DNA from: an uncultured Spirochaetota bacterium
GTDB lineage: Bacteria > Spirochaetota > Brevinematia > Brevinematales > JAOACQ01
Assembly (NCBI GenBank): GCA_963835575.1
Contig: CAWIGG010000002.1
Location: 1,888,001 to 1,952,000, forward strand
Length of the DNA stretch: 64,000 nt
Direction of reading: 5' to 3'
The position numbers and the translations under genes were made by a program. The notes beneath the pieces were generated by a model. That model made no database searches, was not told the origin of the DNA, and worked only from the letters and a program-made list of their open reading frames with translations. The first letter of the stretch is position 1. Every line of letters begins with the position of its first letter. This document shows, piece after piece, positions 48,846 to 57,074 of the stretch.

Positions 48846-48962
48846 TCAAATTGTCTAACTATAATCTCATTAATCCGCTTTTACGAAATTATTTCCGGAA
48901 TATTTAAGATCATCACTTGACCCTATTCAATTTAACTCATATATTTAATAAAAGGATTTCAT

Positions 48963-49793
48963 ATGTTAGAAAGCAAGTTCGCCGAGATCGGCGGCATGAG
49001 GATTTTTTACATAGAATCAAAACCTGAAAAGCTGAAAGCTGAAACTCAGAATATCCTCTTTATCCATGGCTTTTTCTCGAGGGGTAAAAGTTTTACCAAA
49101 CTGATGGAAGGGCTCTCCGGGGATTATATCATGTACGCGCCCGACCTGCCGGGAAACGGAGCGTCGGATAATTTTCCGGACAGGGAGCTCAGCTTCAAAA
49201 AATACGCCGGATTCCTCATAAGCTTCTGTTCTTATTTCGGAATAAAGAAAACTATTATCGCCGGGGACTCGATGGGCGGCGGCCTTTCAATCGTACTGGC
49301 CGGGTTGTACCCCGATCTCATATCAAAAGTCATACTCATCGATTCCATTACCTATCAGACAAAACAGCCGTTATCGACAAAAATACTTCTTTCTCCCCTG
49401 TTCGGGCCTTTTATCTTTAAAAGGCTTTTTAACTGGGATCAGTTCAAGACCTTTTTCACCCGGGGCGTTTACCAGGACGACTCGAAGATCAATATGGACG
49501 AGTTGAAAGAGAACTATGTCCTTTTCGACACGCCTTCCCGTCGGGAATTTTCATACCGCCTGGCAAAGATGGCGACAGATGTCGGCGAAGTCGAGGCAAT
49601 GATCCCGCTTGTCAATGCCCCTACCCTCATCATCTGGGGCGAGAACGACAGGCTTGTACCGGTGGAGAACGGCAGGAGACTGGAAGAAGAAATGAAAAAC
49701 TCGAGGCTTGAAATCATTCCCGGTACCGGCCATGCCTCTTTTGACGAGAAGCCGGAGACCGCGCTGGTATTGATTAAGGGTTTTTTAAAATAG
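48963..49793 (+). CDS. Alpha/beta fold hydrolase
   Basis: FIHGF, PDLPGNG, GDSMGG, IWGENDR and GTGHAS (catalytic His) motifs. Confidence 0.92.
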   Translation: MLESKFAEIGGMRIFYIESKPEKLKAETQNILFIHGFFSRGKSFTKLMEGLSGDYIMYAPDLPGNGASDNFPDRELSFKKYAGFLISFCSYFGIKKTIIAGDSMGGGLSIVLAGLYPDLISKVILIDSITYQTKQPLSTKILLSPLFGPFIFKRLFNWDQFKTFFTRGVYQDDSKINMDELKENYVLFDTPSRREFSYRLAKMATDVGEVEAMIPLVNAPTLIIWGENDRLVPVENGRRLEEEMKNSRLEIIPGTGHASFDEKPETALVLIKGFLK

Positions 49794-49798
49794 GTTAT

Positions 49799-50015
49799 GG
49801 GCAGTTCTAAAAACTCAAATATTTAGAACTGCCGCTATTATATGAGTTCATGCTACCGTATAGAGTTCGCTGTCTGAAAAGATCATCAACCAGCGAACTC
49901 TATACGGTAGCGTCAATTAAATTTACAAGAGATTCTATAACCGGGGCAGTTCCTCCCTCACCATTTTGGATTGCTTCAAGGCGGGCTTACAAAATGGTGA
50001 GGGATGGAACTGCCC
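49799..50015. mobile_element. Composite three-hairpin MITE, copy B
   Basis: Same first two hairpins as copy A but a different third module; 4-bp TSD TTAT at 49795-49798 and 50016-50019. Confidence 0.85.
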
Positions 50016-50182
50016 TTATTTTAAAGTTTTATTTATTTAATGATTTTTCTTATATAGGCTTTATTTTTCATTCACTTCAAGATTCTCTCTTTAGTGAAAC
50101 TCTTTATTATCTTTACAAAGCGGCACCTCATATTTTATAATATTAAGGGGGTAGATCAAACTTGGGGATTGGAGCATTCAAA

Positions 50183-50746
50183 ATGGAAAAATTTAATATT
50201 CCCGGGGAAAACAGGGCAGCGCCGAGGACGCCGGTTAATCTTCACATTTCCTGCGAGCAAAACGGGCGTGTCACTCCCTGTGAAATCACTGATTTATCCC
50301 CGCAGGGGATCGGCATAAGAATTAACAGTCTTCTAGTGCCCGGCGACAAGGTAAACATGATTATCGGGGACCATACCCTGCGAGCGGCGGTTGTCCGCTC
50401 AAACGGAAATATGGTCGGATTATGGTTCCGTGATTTGACCAATGACCAATTAAGCTATATTAAGCAGATTTGCAGAAAAAGCGGGAACGGAAATGAGACG
50501 CTGCCCGAAAACGAAATTGTTAATAGCGGGAAAAAGATATATGTATTAAAGGCAGAGACGGAAAAAGACAAGGGATTGCTGGGGCTGTTCCTTGCGTCAT
50601 TAAAAAATAATTTCAAGGGTCTTATTGATGTCGCGCCTCTGGAAAAGGGCGCGTATCAGGTAGAAATTTATGATAATCCCTCATCTGTTACTTCATTCGA
50701 GTCTCTCTTGGTGTTCTGGAAAGCCGGAAATTTAGTATTAAAGTAA
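50183..50746 (+). CDS. PilZ-domain protein
   Basis: RAAPR (RxxxR) and DLSPQG (DxSxxG) c-di-GMP-binding motifs; VGLWF. Confidence 0.82.
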   Translation: MEKFNIPGENRAAPRTPVNLHISCEQNGRVTPCEITDLSPQGIGIRINSLLVPGDKVNMIIGDHTLRAAVVRSNGNMVGLWFRDLTNDQLSYIKQICRKSGNGNETLPENEIVNSGKKIYVLKAETEKDKGLLGLFLASLKNNFKGLIDVAPLEKGAYQVEIYDNPSSVTSFESLLVFWKAGNLVLK

Positions 50747-50862
50747 TTAAGACGGCACACTGTGTTAAAAGTCGATTTTTTCCCAAAAGTGAAGTGTTCA
50801 AAATAATTATTTAATTAACCGCGGAGTGCGCTCTTCGGCCCTCGCCGCTTTGTCAGGCCGCA

Positions 50863-50982
50863 TTAAAGAAGGAAATGAAAAACGCGCGGCTTGAAGTCAT
50901 ACCGGATGCCGGCCGCTCCTCTTTTGACGGGAAGCCGGAGATCGCGCTGGTATTGATAAAAAGATCCGTAAGGGCTGAATAG
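50863..50982 (+). repeat. Degenerate copy 1 of the hydrolase gene 3' end
   Basis: LKKEMKNARLEVIPDAGRSSFDGKPEIALVLIK...; about 84% nt identity over 90 bp by hand count. Confidence 0.9.
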
Positions 50983-51006
50983 TTACGAATTTTTTAGTAA
51001 AATCAA

Positions 51007-51035
51007 TTGACACCCGCGGTCTATCATATTATAAT
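51007..51035 (+). promoter_or_regulatory. Consensus sigma70 promoter of higBA
   Basis: TTGACA-17 bp-TATAAT, ending 6 nt before the ATG. Confidence 0.85.
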
Positions 51036-51041
51036 CTAACC

Positions 51042-51320
51042 ATGATAAAATCATTTCGGCATAAAGGCCTGGAAATATTTTTTTACACAGGAAATAAAAA
51101 GGGAATTATTCCGTCCCATGCCGGAAAGCTTGAATTGATACTGGATAAGCTTGAAACAGCTACAGAATTGAAAGACATGAACCGTCCGTATTTCGGCTTT
51201 CATGAACTGAAAGGCGGCCGGAAGGGAACATGGGCAGTTTATGTAAGCGGGAATTGGCGTGTAACTTTTAAGTTTGAAAATGATAATGCTGTATCAGTTG
51301 ATTACGAAGACTATCATTAA
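51042..51320 (+). CDS. higB: HigB (RelE/ParE superfamily) toxin
   Basis: MIKSFRHKGLE.F...HELKG.RKG.WAV.VSGNWRVTFKF...VDYEDYH. Confidence 0.93.
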   Translation: MIKSFRHKGLEIFFYTGNKKGIIPSHAGKLELILDKLETATELKDMNRPYFGFHELKGGRKGTWAVYVSGNWRVTFKFENDNAVSVDYEDYH

Positions 51321-51332
51321 GGAGATAACGCT

Positions 51333-51632
51333 ATGAATATAACAGAAAGACGGCCGACACACCCGGGTAAAATGCTTCTGGAAACCGAATTGAAACCGTT
51401 AGGTTTAACGGTTACGGAATCAGCCAAACGTCTGGGAATAAGCAGAAAAAACCTTAACGACTTGATTCATGAAGACATATCCCTTAGCCTGAATATGGCG
51501 ATGCGGATAGCAGAGGCAACCGACACAACACCGGAGAGCTGGCTTAATATGCAGCTTCGGTTAGATGTATGGGAAGCAATGCATCGCAAGCGGCCGGAAG
51601 TTAAAAAATTTACCGCCAAGACAGCGGTTTGA
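51333..51632 (+). CDS. higA: HigA antitoxin (XRE HTH)
   Basis: PTHPG.ML, LGISRKNL and TTPESWLNMQ motifs. Confidence 0.93.
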   Translation: MNITERRPTHPGKMLLETELKPLGLTVTESAKRLGISRKNLNDLIHEDISLSLNMAMRIAEATDTTPESWLNMQLRLDVWEAMHRKRPEVKKFTAKTAV

Positions 51633-51743
51633 TAGATAAAATAAAAATCGTTTTTTCCGGATTCAGCGTGCATTCCCCGCCATTTTGATAAGCTGCCCCT
51701 TTATAAGAGCCTCATTTCCCTGAAGAAAGCCGTGATATCGCTA

Positions 51744-51866
51744 TTAAAGAAGGAAATGCAAAATGCCCGGCTTGAAGTCATGAATGGTACCATCCGTGCT
51801 TCTTTTGACAAGAAGCCGGAAATAGCGCTGGAATTGATTAATAATTTTCTAAATAGATATTTTTAA
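51744..51866 (+). repeat. Degenerate copy 2 of the hydrolase gene 3' end
   Basis: LKKEMQNARLEVMNGTIRASFDKKPEIALELINNFLNRYF*; about 78% nt identity over 90 bp by hand count. Confidence 0.88.
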
Positions 51867-51947
51867 AGTTTGACGGTTCAATAAATGTTAACTAATTCTA
51901 TATCTTTGCGGGTCTTAATATTTCTCAGCGCCGAAGCCGGAATACGC

Positions 51948-51976
51948 TTGACAAATCGCATCGACTGCATTATAGT
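51948..51976 (+). promoter_or_regulatory. Sigma70 promoter of vapBC
   Basis: TTGACA-17 bp-TATAGT. Confidence 0.7.
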
Positions 51977-52006
51977 TTTACCATATATATATCGATGGAG
52001 GCAAAT

Positions 52007-52216
52007 ATGCAATTAACCGTTTCTCCGAAATATCAGATTGCAATTCCGAAGGAAGTGCGGGAATCAATTCATATTAAGGCTGGTCAAAAACTCGATCTTA
52101 TGATAGTTGGAGACACCATTCGGCTTGTTCCCGTCAGGAGCATCAAGGAAATGTTCGGAAAGTTCCCGGAAATAAAGGGAGATATAGAGCGCGAGGAAGA
52201 CAGGGTATTGAAATGA
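52007..52216 (+). CDS. vapB: AbrB/MazE-type antitoxin (VapB)
   Basis: TVSPKYQIAIPKEVRE...IKAGQ; GGAGG RBS before the ATG at 52007. Confidence 0.88.
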   Translation: MQLTVSPKYQIAIPKEVRESIHIKAGQKLDLMIVGDTIRLVPVRSIKEMFGKFPEIKGDIEREEDRVLK

Positions 52217-52581
52217 TCGTTCTGGATTCTTCCTGCTGGATTTCAATATTCAAGGGTGAGTCAGGTTCCGAGCGGTATGCGGAAGCTCTGGAAAAAGCCG
52301 ACCGGGTCCTTGTGCCGGGTATCTATATCTATGAAGTCGGGAAGTTATTGATTCGAGAAATCGGCGAAGATCCTGCTCTGGAGGCGATTGCGGCAATGAA
52401 ACAATACCAGATTATTGTGATAGATGCAGATATATCCCTGGAAGCGGCCTTTCTTTCCCTGAAATATGGAATTCCATTTGCCGACAGCATTATACTTGCG
52501 ATTACACAAAAATATCGCGCTGTACTCTGGACAAAGGACGCTCATTTTAAAGGGATTGAAGGCGTTAAATATTGTGAGTAA
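52213..52581 (+). CDS. vapC: VapC PIN-domain toxin
   Basis: VLDSSCWI, YEV, ADSIILA and LWTKDAHF motifs; ATGA overlap with the antitoxin. Confidence 0.92.
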   Translation: MIVLDSSCWISIFKGESGSERYAEALEKADRVLVPGIYIYEVGKLLIREIGEDPALEAIAAMKQYQIIVIDADISLEAAFLSLKYGIPFADSIILAITQKYRAVLWTKDAHFKGIEGVKYCE

Positions 52582-52604
52582 AGAACCGATTTGGAGTCAA
52601 TTAA

Positions 52605-52665
52605 GGGCAGTTCCAAAAACTAAAAAATTTATCAGATATTTCCACAACAGGTTTTGGAACTGCCC
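52605..52665. mobile_element. 61-bp GGGCAGTTCC MITE, inverted relative to the 32780 copy
   Basis: Near-identical reverse complement of 32780-32839; TTAA on both flanks. Confidence 0.85.
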
Positions 52666-52977
52666 TTAATTCTAATCGTACTATTTTTTCCTAATTCCGC
52701 GTTCTCCCCTTATTAAACAGAGGGTATCCAAGCCATAATTATGGTTTATTATTATTATGAAAATGAGATAGTAAAACCCGGATTATTCATCAAAATCCTG
52801 CGCGTGCGGATTTGATACAAACCGATCAGCCTGCCGCAAATAATTCAATAAATGGGAATATATTTTCAATTTGAATATATATTCCCTCCTATTATATTAT
52901 AATTAGCAGGAGAAAGATTTTAAATTTACCTTATTGAATCTATATTTTCTATTGTCCTGCCGAATAGAATGAATTAT

Positions 52978-53058
52978 AAAGTCATACCCGGTACCGGCCG
53001 CGCTTCTTTTGACGAGAAACCGGGAATTGCGCTGGAATTGATAAGAGAATTTATATAA
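52978..53058 (+). repeat. Degenerate copy 3 of the hydrolase gene 3' end
   Basis: KVIPGTGRASFDEKPGIALELIREFI*; about 79% nt identity over 66 bp by hand count. Confidence 0.88.
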
Positions 53059-53497
53059 CTTAATAGCTATTGCAATTATTTATCTTGTAAACTAAAATAT
53101 TGAATAATAAGGCTGTTATTTTTTCAATAATTTGTTGAAAATAACAGCTTTATTGTATCGTAAAGGGTTGTTAACAGTGACAATGTATCCGGCCGTTGAA
53201 TAATGGATACGTTCGCGATTCATCATGTCTTCTCTTGGTTTTCCCTCTCCGGTCTTCCGGGAAGCCCGGGATTATTCCATTTTATTTCAATTTCACCGGT
53301 TTATTTGATAAGTTCTTTAAAACATATTCCGCCCGGATGTGTTTTTTACTTATTTATTATTCGGGCCGGCATTACTGAAGCTGTAAAACACTATTAAAGC
53401 ATAAATCCGTTCGCAAGGAGGATTTTTTACTGATTAATAAAATATCAATCATCACGCTTTAATAATAATTTGCTGCTTTCAATAAAGGGGGCTTTAT

Positions 53498-56413
53498 ATG
53501 AAAAACGCGGCTGGAAAAAGCATCGGTAAAAAAGGGAGGGCTGTTCATAAATCTGTCAGAGCCGGGAAAAATACCAATCTGAAAAAAGAGATCAATACGC
53601 CGTATTCTTTTCCCGAATTCAATCCGAACCCTGTTATTGAAATGGACCTTAAATTCAATATCCATTATATCAATCCGGCCGCCAAAGCCTGTCTTAAAGG
53701 TATACAAAAACAGGGTATCAACCATCCGTTCCTGAAAAATATCAAACAAATATTCCTCGATCTTAAAAACAATAAGAAAGAAGCAATTAAGAGGGAAATC
53801 CGCGTTGATGATACATGGTTCTATCAATCCTTTTTATTTGTAGAAAGTACAAACCGGGTCAATATCTATGCTTATGACATAACCGGGCCCAAGCTGTCGG
53901 AGGAAAGAATCACGCATTTAAACGCGGTACTTCGCGCCATCCGGGATGTTAACCAGCTCATCGTGAAAGAGAAAGACCGCGGCCGGCTGATTCAGAAAGC
54001 CTGCGTGAAACTGATTGAGACAAGGGGTTACGGAAGCGCCTGGATAGCTTTGCTGGATGAAACCGGAAACTTTATCACATCCGCCGAAGCAGGCATCGGA
54101 GAGAAAATCGCCTTTTTGATAGAACAGCTGAAACGCGGCATCATGCCCGAATGCGGACGGAGAGCGCTTGCCCAATCTGAAGCATGGTTTACGAATCGCA
54201 TTGAGGACTATTGTACAACTTGCCCTCTGGCAAAGCTCTATCCCGGCAATGGGGGGATGTCCATACGGTTGGAATATGAAGGAAAAGTATACGGTTTTAT
54301 GACCGTTTCCGTACCTTCCGCGCAGGCAGTGGATGAGGAGGAAAAAGGGCTTTTCAGGGAGGTCTCCGCCGATATAGCCTTTGCCCTGCATGGTCTGGAA
54401 GCGGAAGCGGAGCGTAAGAAGGCGGAGGCAAATTTGCTGGAAACCGAGCAGTTACTGCAGATGATAATTGATAATATTCCCGCGTTAGTTTCATATATTA
54501 AGCAGGACCGGTGCTACCAGTTTGTAAATAAACGTTATGCCGAAAATTTCGGCAAAACGACAGAAGCAATAATCGGCAAACCTTACAGGGAAATTGTCGG
54601 CGAAGCGTATTATCTGTCAACCGTAAAAAACAACGACGCCGCATTTTCCGGTCAGCATATCTCCTATGAAACATCCATAGATTATCCGGCGACCGGCAGG
54701 CATTGGCTGACAGTCAATTATACACCGGATATTGACGATCATAAAAAAGTTAAAGGAATATTTGTTTCCGCATACGACATTACCGATCGTAAGAAAAAAG
54801 AGGCAGAGCTGGCCGCGGCGCAGCAGGTTTACCGGGAGCTGTTCGAAAACGTCAATGTCGGTATTCTGCGTACGACGCCGGGGCCGAAAGGAACTTTTAT
54901 CGATGTGAATCCGGCGATGACCAGGATGTTCGAAGCGGACAGCCGCGAACAGTTAATGGCCCTTCATCCGAGCGAAATCTATTGGGACGCGGGCCAGCGC
55001 AGGATCATCAGCGATGCCATTGTGGCCGGGGGCTTTGCTAAAGAGGAAATCAGGTTCAAGACCCTTAAGGGAAGGCCGATCTGGTGCCGCATTACAGCGG
55101 TTAAGAAAATCGACGCAAACGGCCAGGTCTATTTTGACAACACTATTGAGGACATCACCGAGCGTAAACTGGCGGAGGAAAAAATCCGCAAACTCAACGA
55201 AGAATTAGAGCAAAAGGTTATCGAGCGTACCGCCAGTCTCGAATCCGCGAACAAGGAGCTTATAAAAGAAATCACCGAGCGTCAGCGGATTGCTGAAACA
55301 TTGCAAATGCATGAGGCAATTATCGAGAACTCAGACGACGCGATCTATGGAAAGGACCTTCAAGGAATAATCACCAGCTGGAACAAGGGAGCGGAAAGAA
55401 TATATGGTTATTCCAGTCATGAGACAATCGGGCAGCCGGTTTCTATGCTGGTGCCGCCTGATATGCCTGATGATTTTCACACAATTCTCTCAAAAATAGC
55501 AAACGGCGAACATATCGTTCACTATGAAACCAAACGGCGGAAAAAAGACAGTCAAATAATAGAAGTCTCCGTGTCCATATCCCCGATAAGAAACCAATCC
55601 GGTAAAATTATAGGGGCTTCAACCATAGCGCGCGACATTACCGAGCGAAAGCGGACCGAGGAATCAATTAACAAGCTTAACGCGCAATTGGAAAATAATG
55701 TACAGCAGTTGGAAGCCGCCAATAAAGAGCTGGAAGCTTTCAGCTATTCCGTCTCCCACGACCTCAGGGCGCCGCTGCGGGCCATTGACGGCTTTTCCAA
55801 AGTGCTGATGGAAAGTAATACCAATAACATTGACGGCGAAGCTAAAAGATATTTAAACATCATCAGGGGCAATACGCAGAACATGGGAAAACTGATAGAC
55901 GACCTGCTGTCATTTTCCCGGATCGGCAAACAGGAAATGCATTTTTCACAGATCAGCATGGAAAGCATGGCGAGGAATACTTTCGAAGAGTTAAAACAGC
56001 AGAATCCCGGCAGGAAAATTGAATTTACTTTAAAAAAGACGCCGGACGCATCAGTCGACGCGGCCATGATGAAGATCGTATTATCCAATCTTCTGGGCAA
56101 CGCGGTGAAGTATACCGGGAAAAGGACTGATGCCGTCATACTGTTCGGCGGTTCCATAAAAAACAATGAGGCTGTTTACAGCGTTAAGGACAACGGTGTC
56201 GGCTTTGATATGCGGTACGTCGGGAAGCTTTTCGGCGTTTTCCAGAGGCTCCACAGCAGGGACGAGTTCGAGGGAACGGGGGTCGGCCTTGCCCTGGTCC
56301 AGCGGATCATTCTCCGCCATGGAGGGCGCGTATGGGCCGAGGGAAAGGTTGATGAAGGAGCGGAATTTTATTTCACATTACCAATAAAAAAGGAGGAAAT
56401 AAATGACTATTGA
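53498..56413 (+). CDS. Multi-PAS/GAF sensor histidine kinase
   Basis: Repeated DITERK PAC ends; [15 protein letters not shown]-box; DNGVGF and GTGVGLA motifs. Confidence 0.93.
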   Translation: MKNAAGKSIGKKGRAVHKSVRAGKNTNLKKEINTPYSFPEFNPNPVIEMDLKFNIHYINPAAKACLKGIQKQGINHPFLKNIKQIFLDLKNNKKEAIKREIRVDDTWFYQSFLFVESTNRVNIYAYDITGPKLSEERITHLNAVLRAIRDVNQLIVKEKDRGRLIQKACVKLIETRGYGSAWIALLDETGNFITSAEAGIGEKIAFLIEQLKRGIMPECGRRALAQSEAWFTNRIEDYCTTCPLAKLYPGNGGMSIRLEYEGKVYGFMTVSVPSAQAVDEEEKGLFREVSADIAFALHGLEAEAERKKAEANLLETEQLLQMIIDNIPALVSYIKQDRCYQFVNKRYAENFGKTTEAIIGKPYREIVGEAYYLSTVKNNDAAFSGQHISYETSIDYPATGRHWLTVNYTPDIDDHKKVKGIFVSAYDITDRKKKEAELAAAQQVYRELFENVNVGILRTTPGPKGTFIDVNPAMTRMFEADSREQLMALHPSEIYWDAGQRRIISDAIVAGGFAKEEIRFKTLKGRPIWCRITAVKKIDANGQVYFDNTIEDITERKLAEEKIRKLNEELEQKVIERTASLESANKELIKEITERQRIAETLQMHEAIIENSDDAIYGKDLQGIITSWNKGAERIYGYSSHETIGQPVSMLVPPDMPDDFHTILSKIANGEHIVHYETKRRKKDSQIIEVSVSISPIRNQSGKIIGASTIARDITERKRTEESINKLNAQLENNVQQLEAANKELEAFSYSVSHDLRAPLRAIDGFSKVLMESNTNNIDGEAKRYLNIIRGNTQNMGKLIDDLLSFSRIGKQEMHFSQISMESMARNTFEELKQQNPGRKIEFTLKKTPDASVDAAMMKIVLSNLLGNAVKYTGKRTDAVILFGGSIKNNEAVYSVKDNGVGFDMRYVGKLFGVFQRLHSRDEFEGTGVGLALVQRIILRHGGRVWAEGKVDEGAEFYFTLPIKKEEINDY

Positions 56414-56849
56414 TAGTATGGTGGAGATTTTGCTTGTAGAGGACAATCCGAACAATGTCGAATTGACTTTAATAGCCCTGAAAGAGAATAAACTGGCCAA
56501 TAACGTGCAGATCGCGCACGACGGCGAAGAGGCCCTGGAATTCATCTTCAGCACCGGGAAATACAGCGGCCGGGACATCAATTTAAAACCGAAAGTGATA
56601 CTCCTCGACCTGAAGCTCCCGAAGGTGGACGGCATTGAAGTCCTCCGGAAGATCAGGTCCGATGAAAGGACGAAAACGATTCCCGTTGTAGTATTAACCT
56701 CTTCCAAAGAGGAACGGGACATCGTCGAAACATATAAACTCGGTGTGAACAGCTATATTGTCAAACCGGTGCAGTTTGAAAACTTTGTAAAAGTTGTCAA
56801 AGAACTGGGGCTATACTGGCTTGTGGTCAACCAGCCGCCGGTGAGATGA
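56403..56849 (+). CDS. Single-domain response regulator (Rcp1-like)
   Basis: [26 protein letters not shown] and NSYIVKP motifs. Confidence 0.93.
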   Translation: MTIDSMVEILLVEDNPNNVELTLIALKENKLANNVQIAHDGEEALEFIFSTGKYSGRDINLKPKVILLDLKLPKVDGIEVLRKIRSDERTKTIPVVVLTSSKEERDIVETYKLGVNSYIVKPVQFENFVKVVKELGLYWLVVNQPPVR

Positions 56850-56876
56850 AGAGGAGTTAAGGGGTTTACATATAAG

Positions 56877-56911
56877 ACCACCCCCAACCCCTCCTAAGAT
56901 AGGAGGGGAGT
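56877..56911. repeat. CCCCTCC-type REP-like hairpin
   Basis: ACCACCCCCAACCCCTCCT-aagat-AGGAGGGGAGT. Confidence 0.6.
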
Positions 56912-57074
56912 TTAATAATAACTAATAAATTTATTGTGTTATATAAAATTAAAAACTTTTGAGCATTAAATCATTTGGATTTAGGTATTGTTTAGGATTT
57001 AGAGTTTAGAATTTATGATTTATTATAGAGTTGAATAAAATTGGACAGGAAAAATAAAATAAAGAGGGCGTATT

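Noticed and set aside
49850..50140. 96-aa ORF across the composite MITE, and similar ORFs at 13333-13734 and 63158-63355
   Set aside because: They are made of palindromic repeat sequence, with no RBS or protein motifs.
49680..53058. Hydrolase 3'-end repeats as a CRISPR array, integron attC sites or a DGR template/variable pair
   Set aside because: The repeats are ~100 bp, degenerate and 1 kb apart. No attC-like palindromic structure, cas gene or reverse transcriptase is seen, and mismatches are not confined to adenines.
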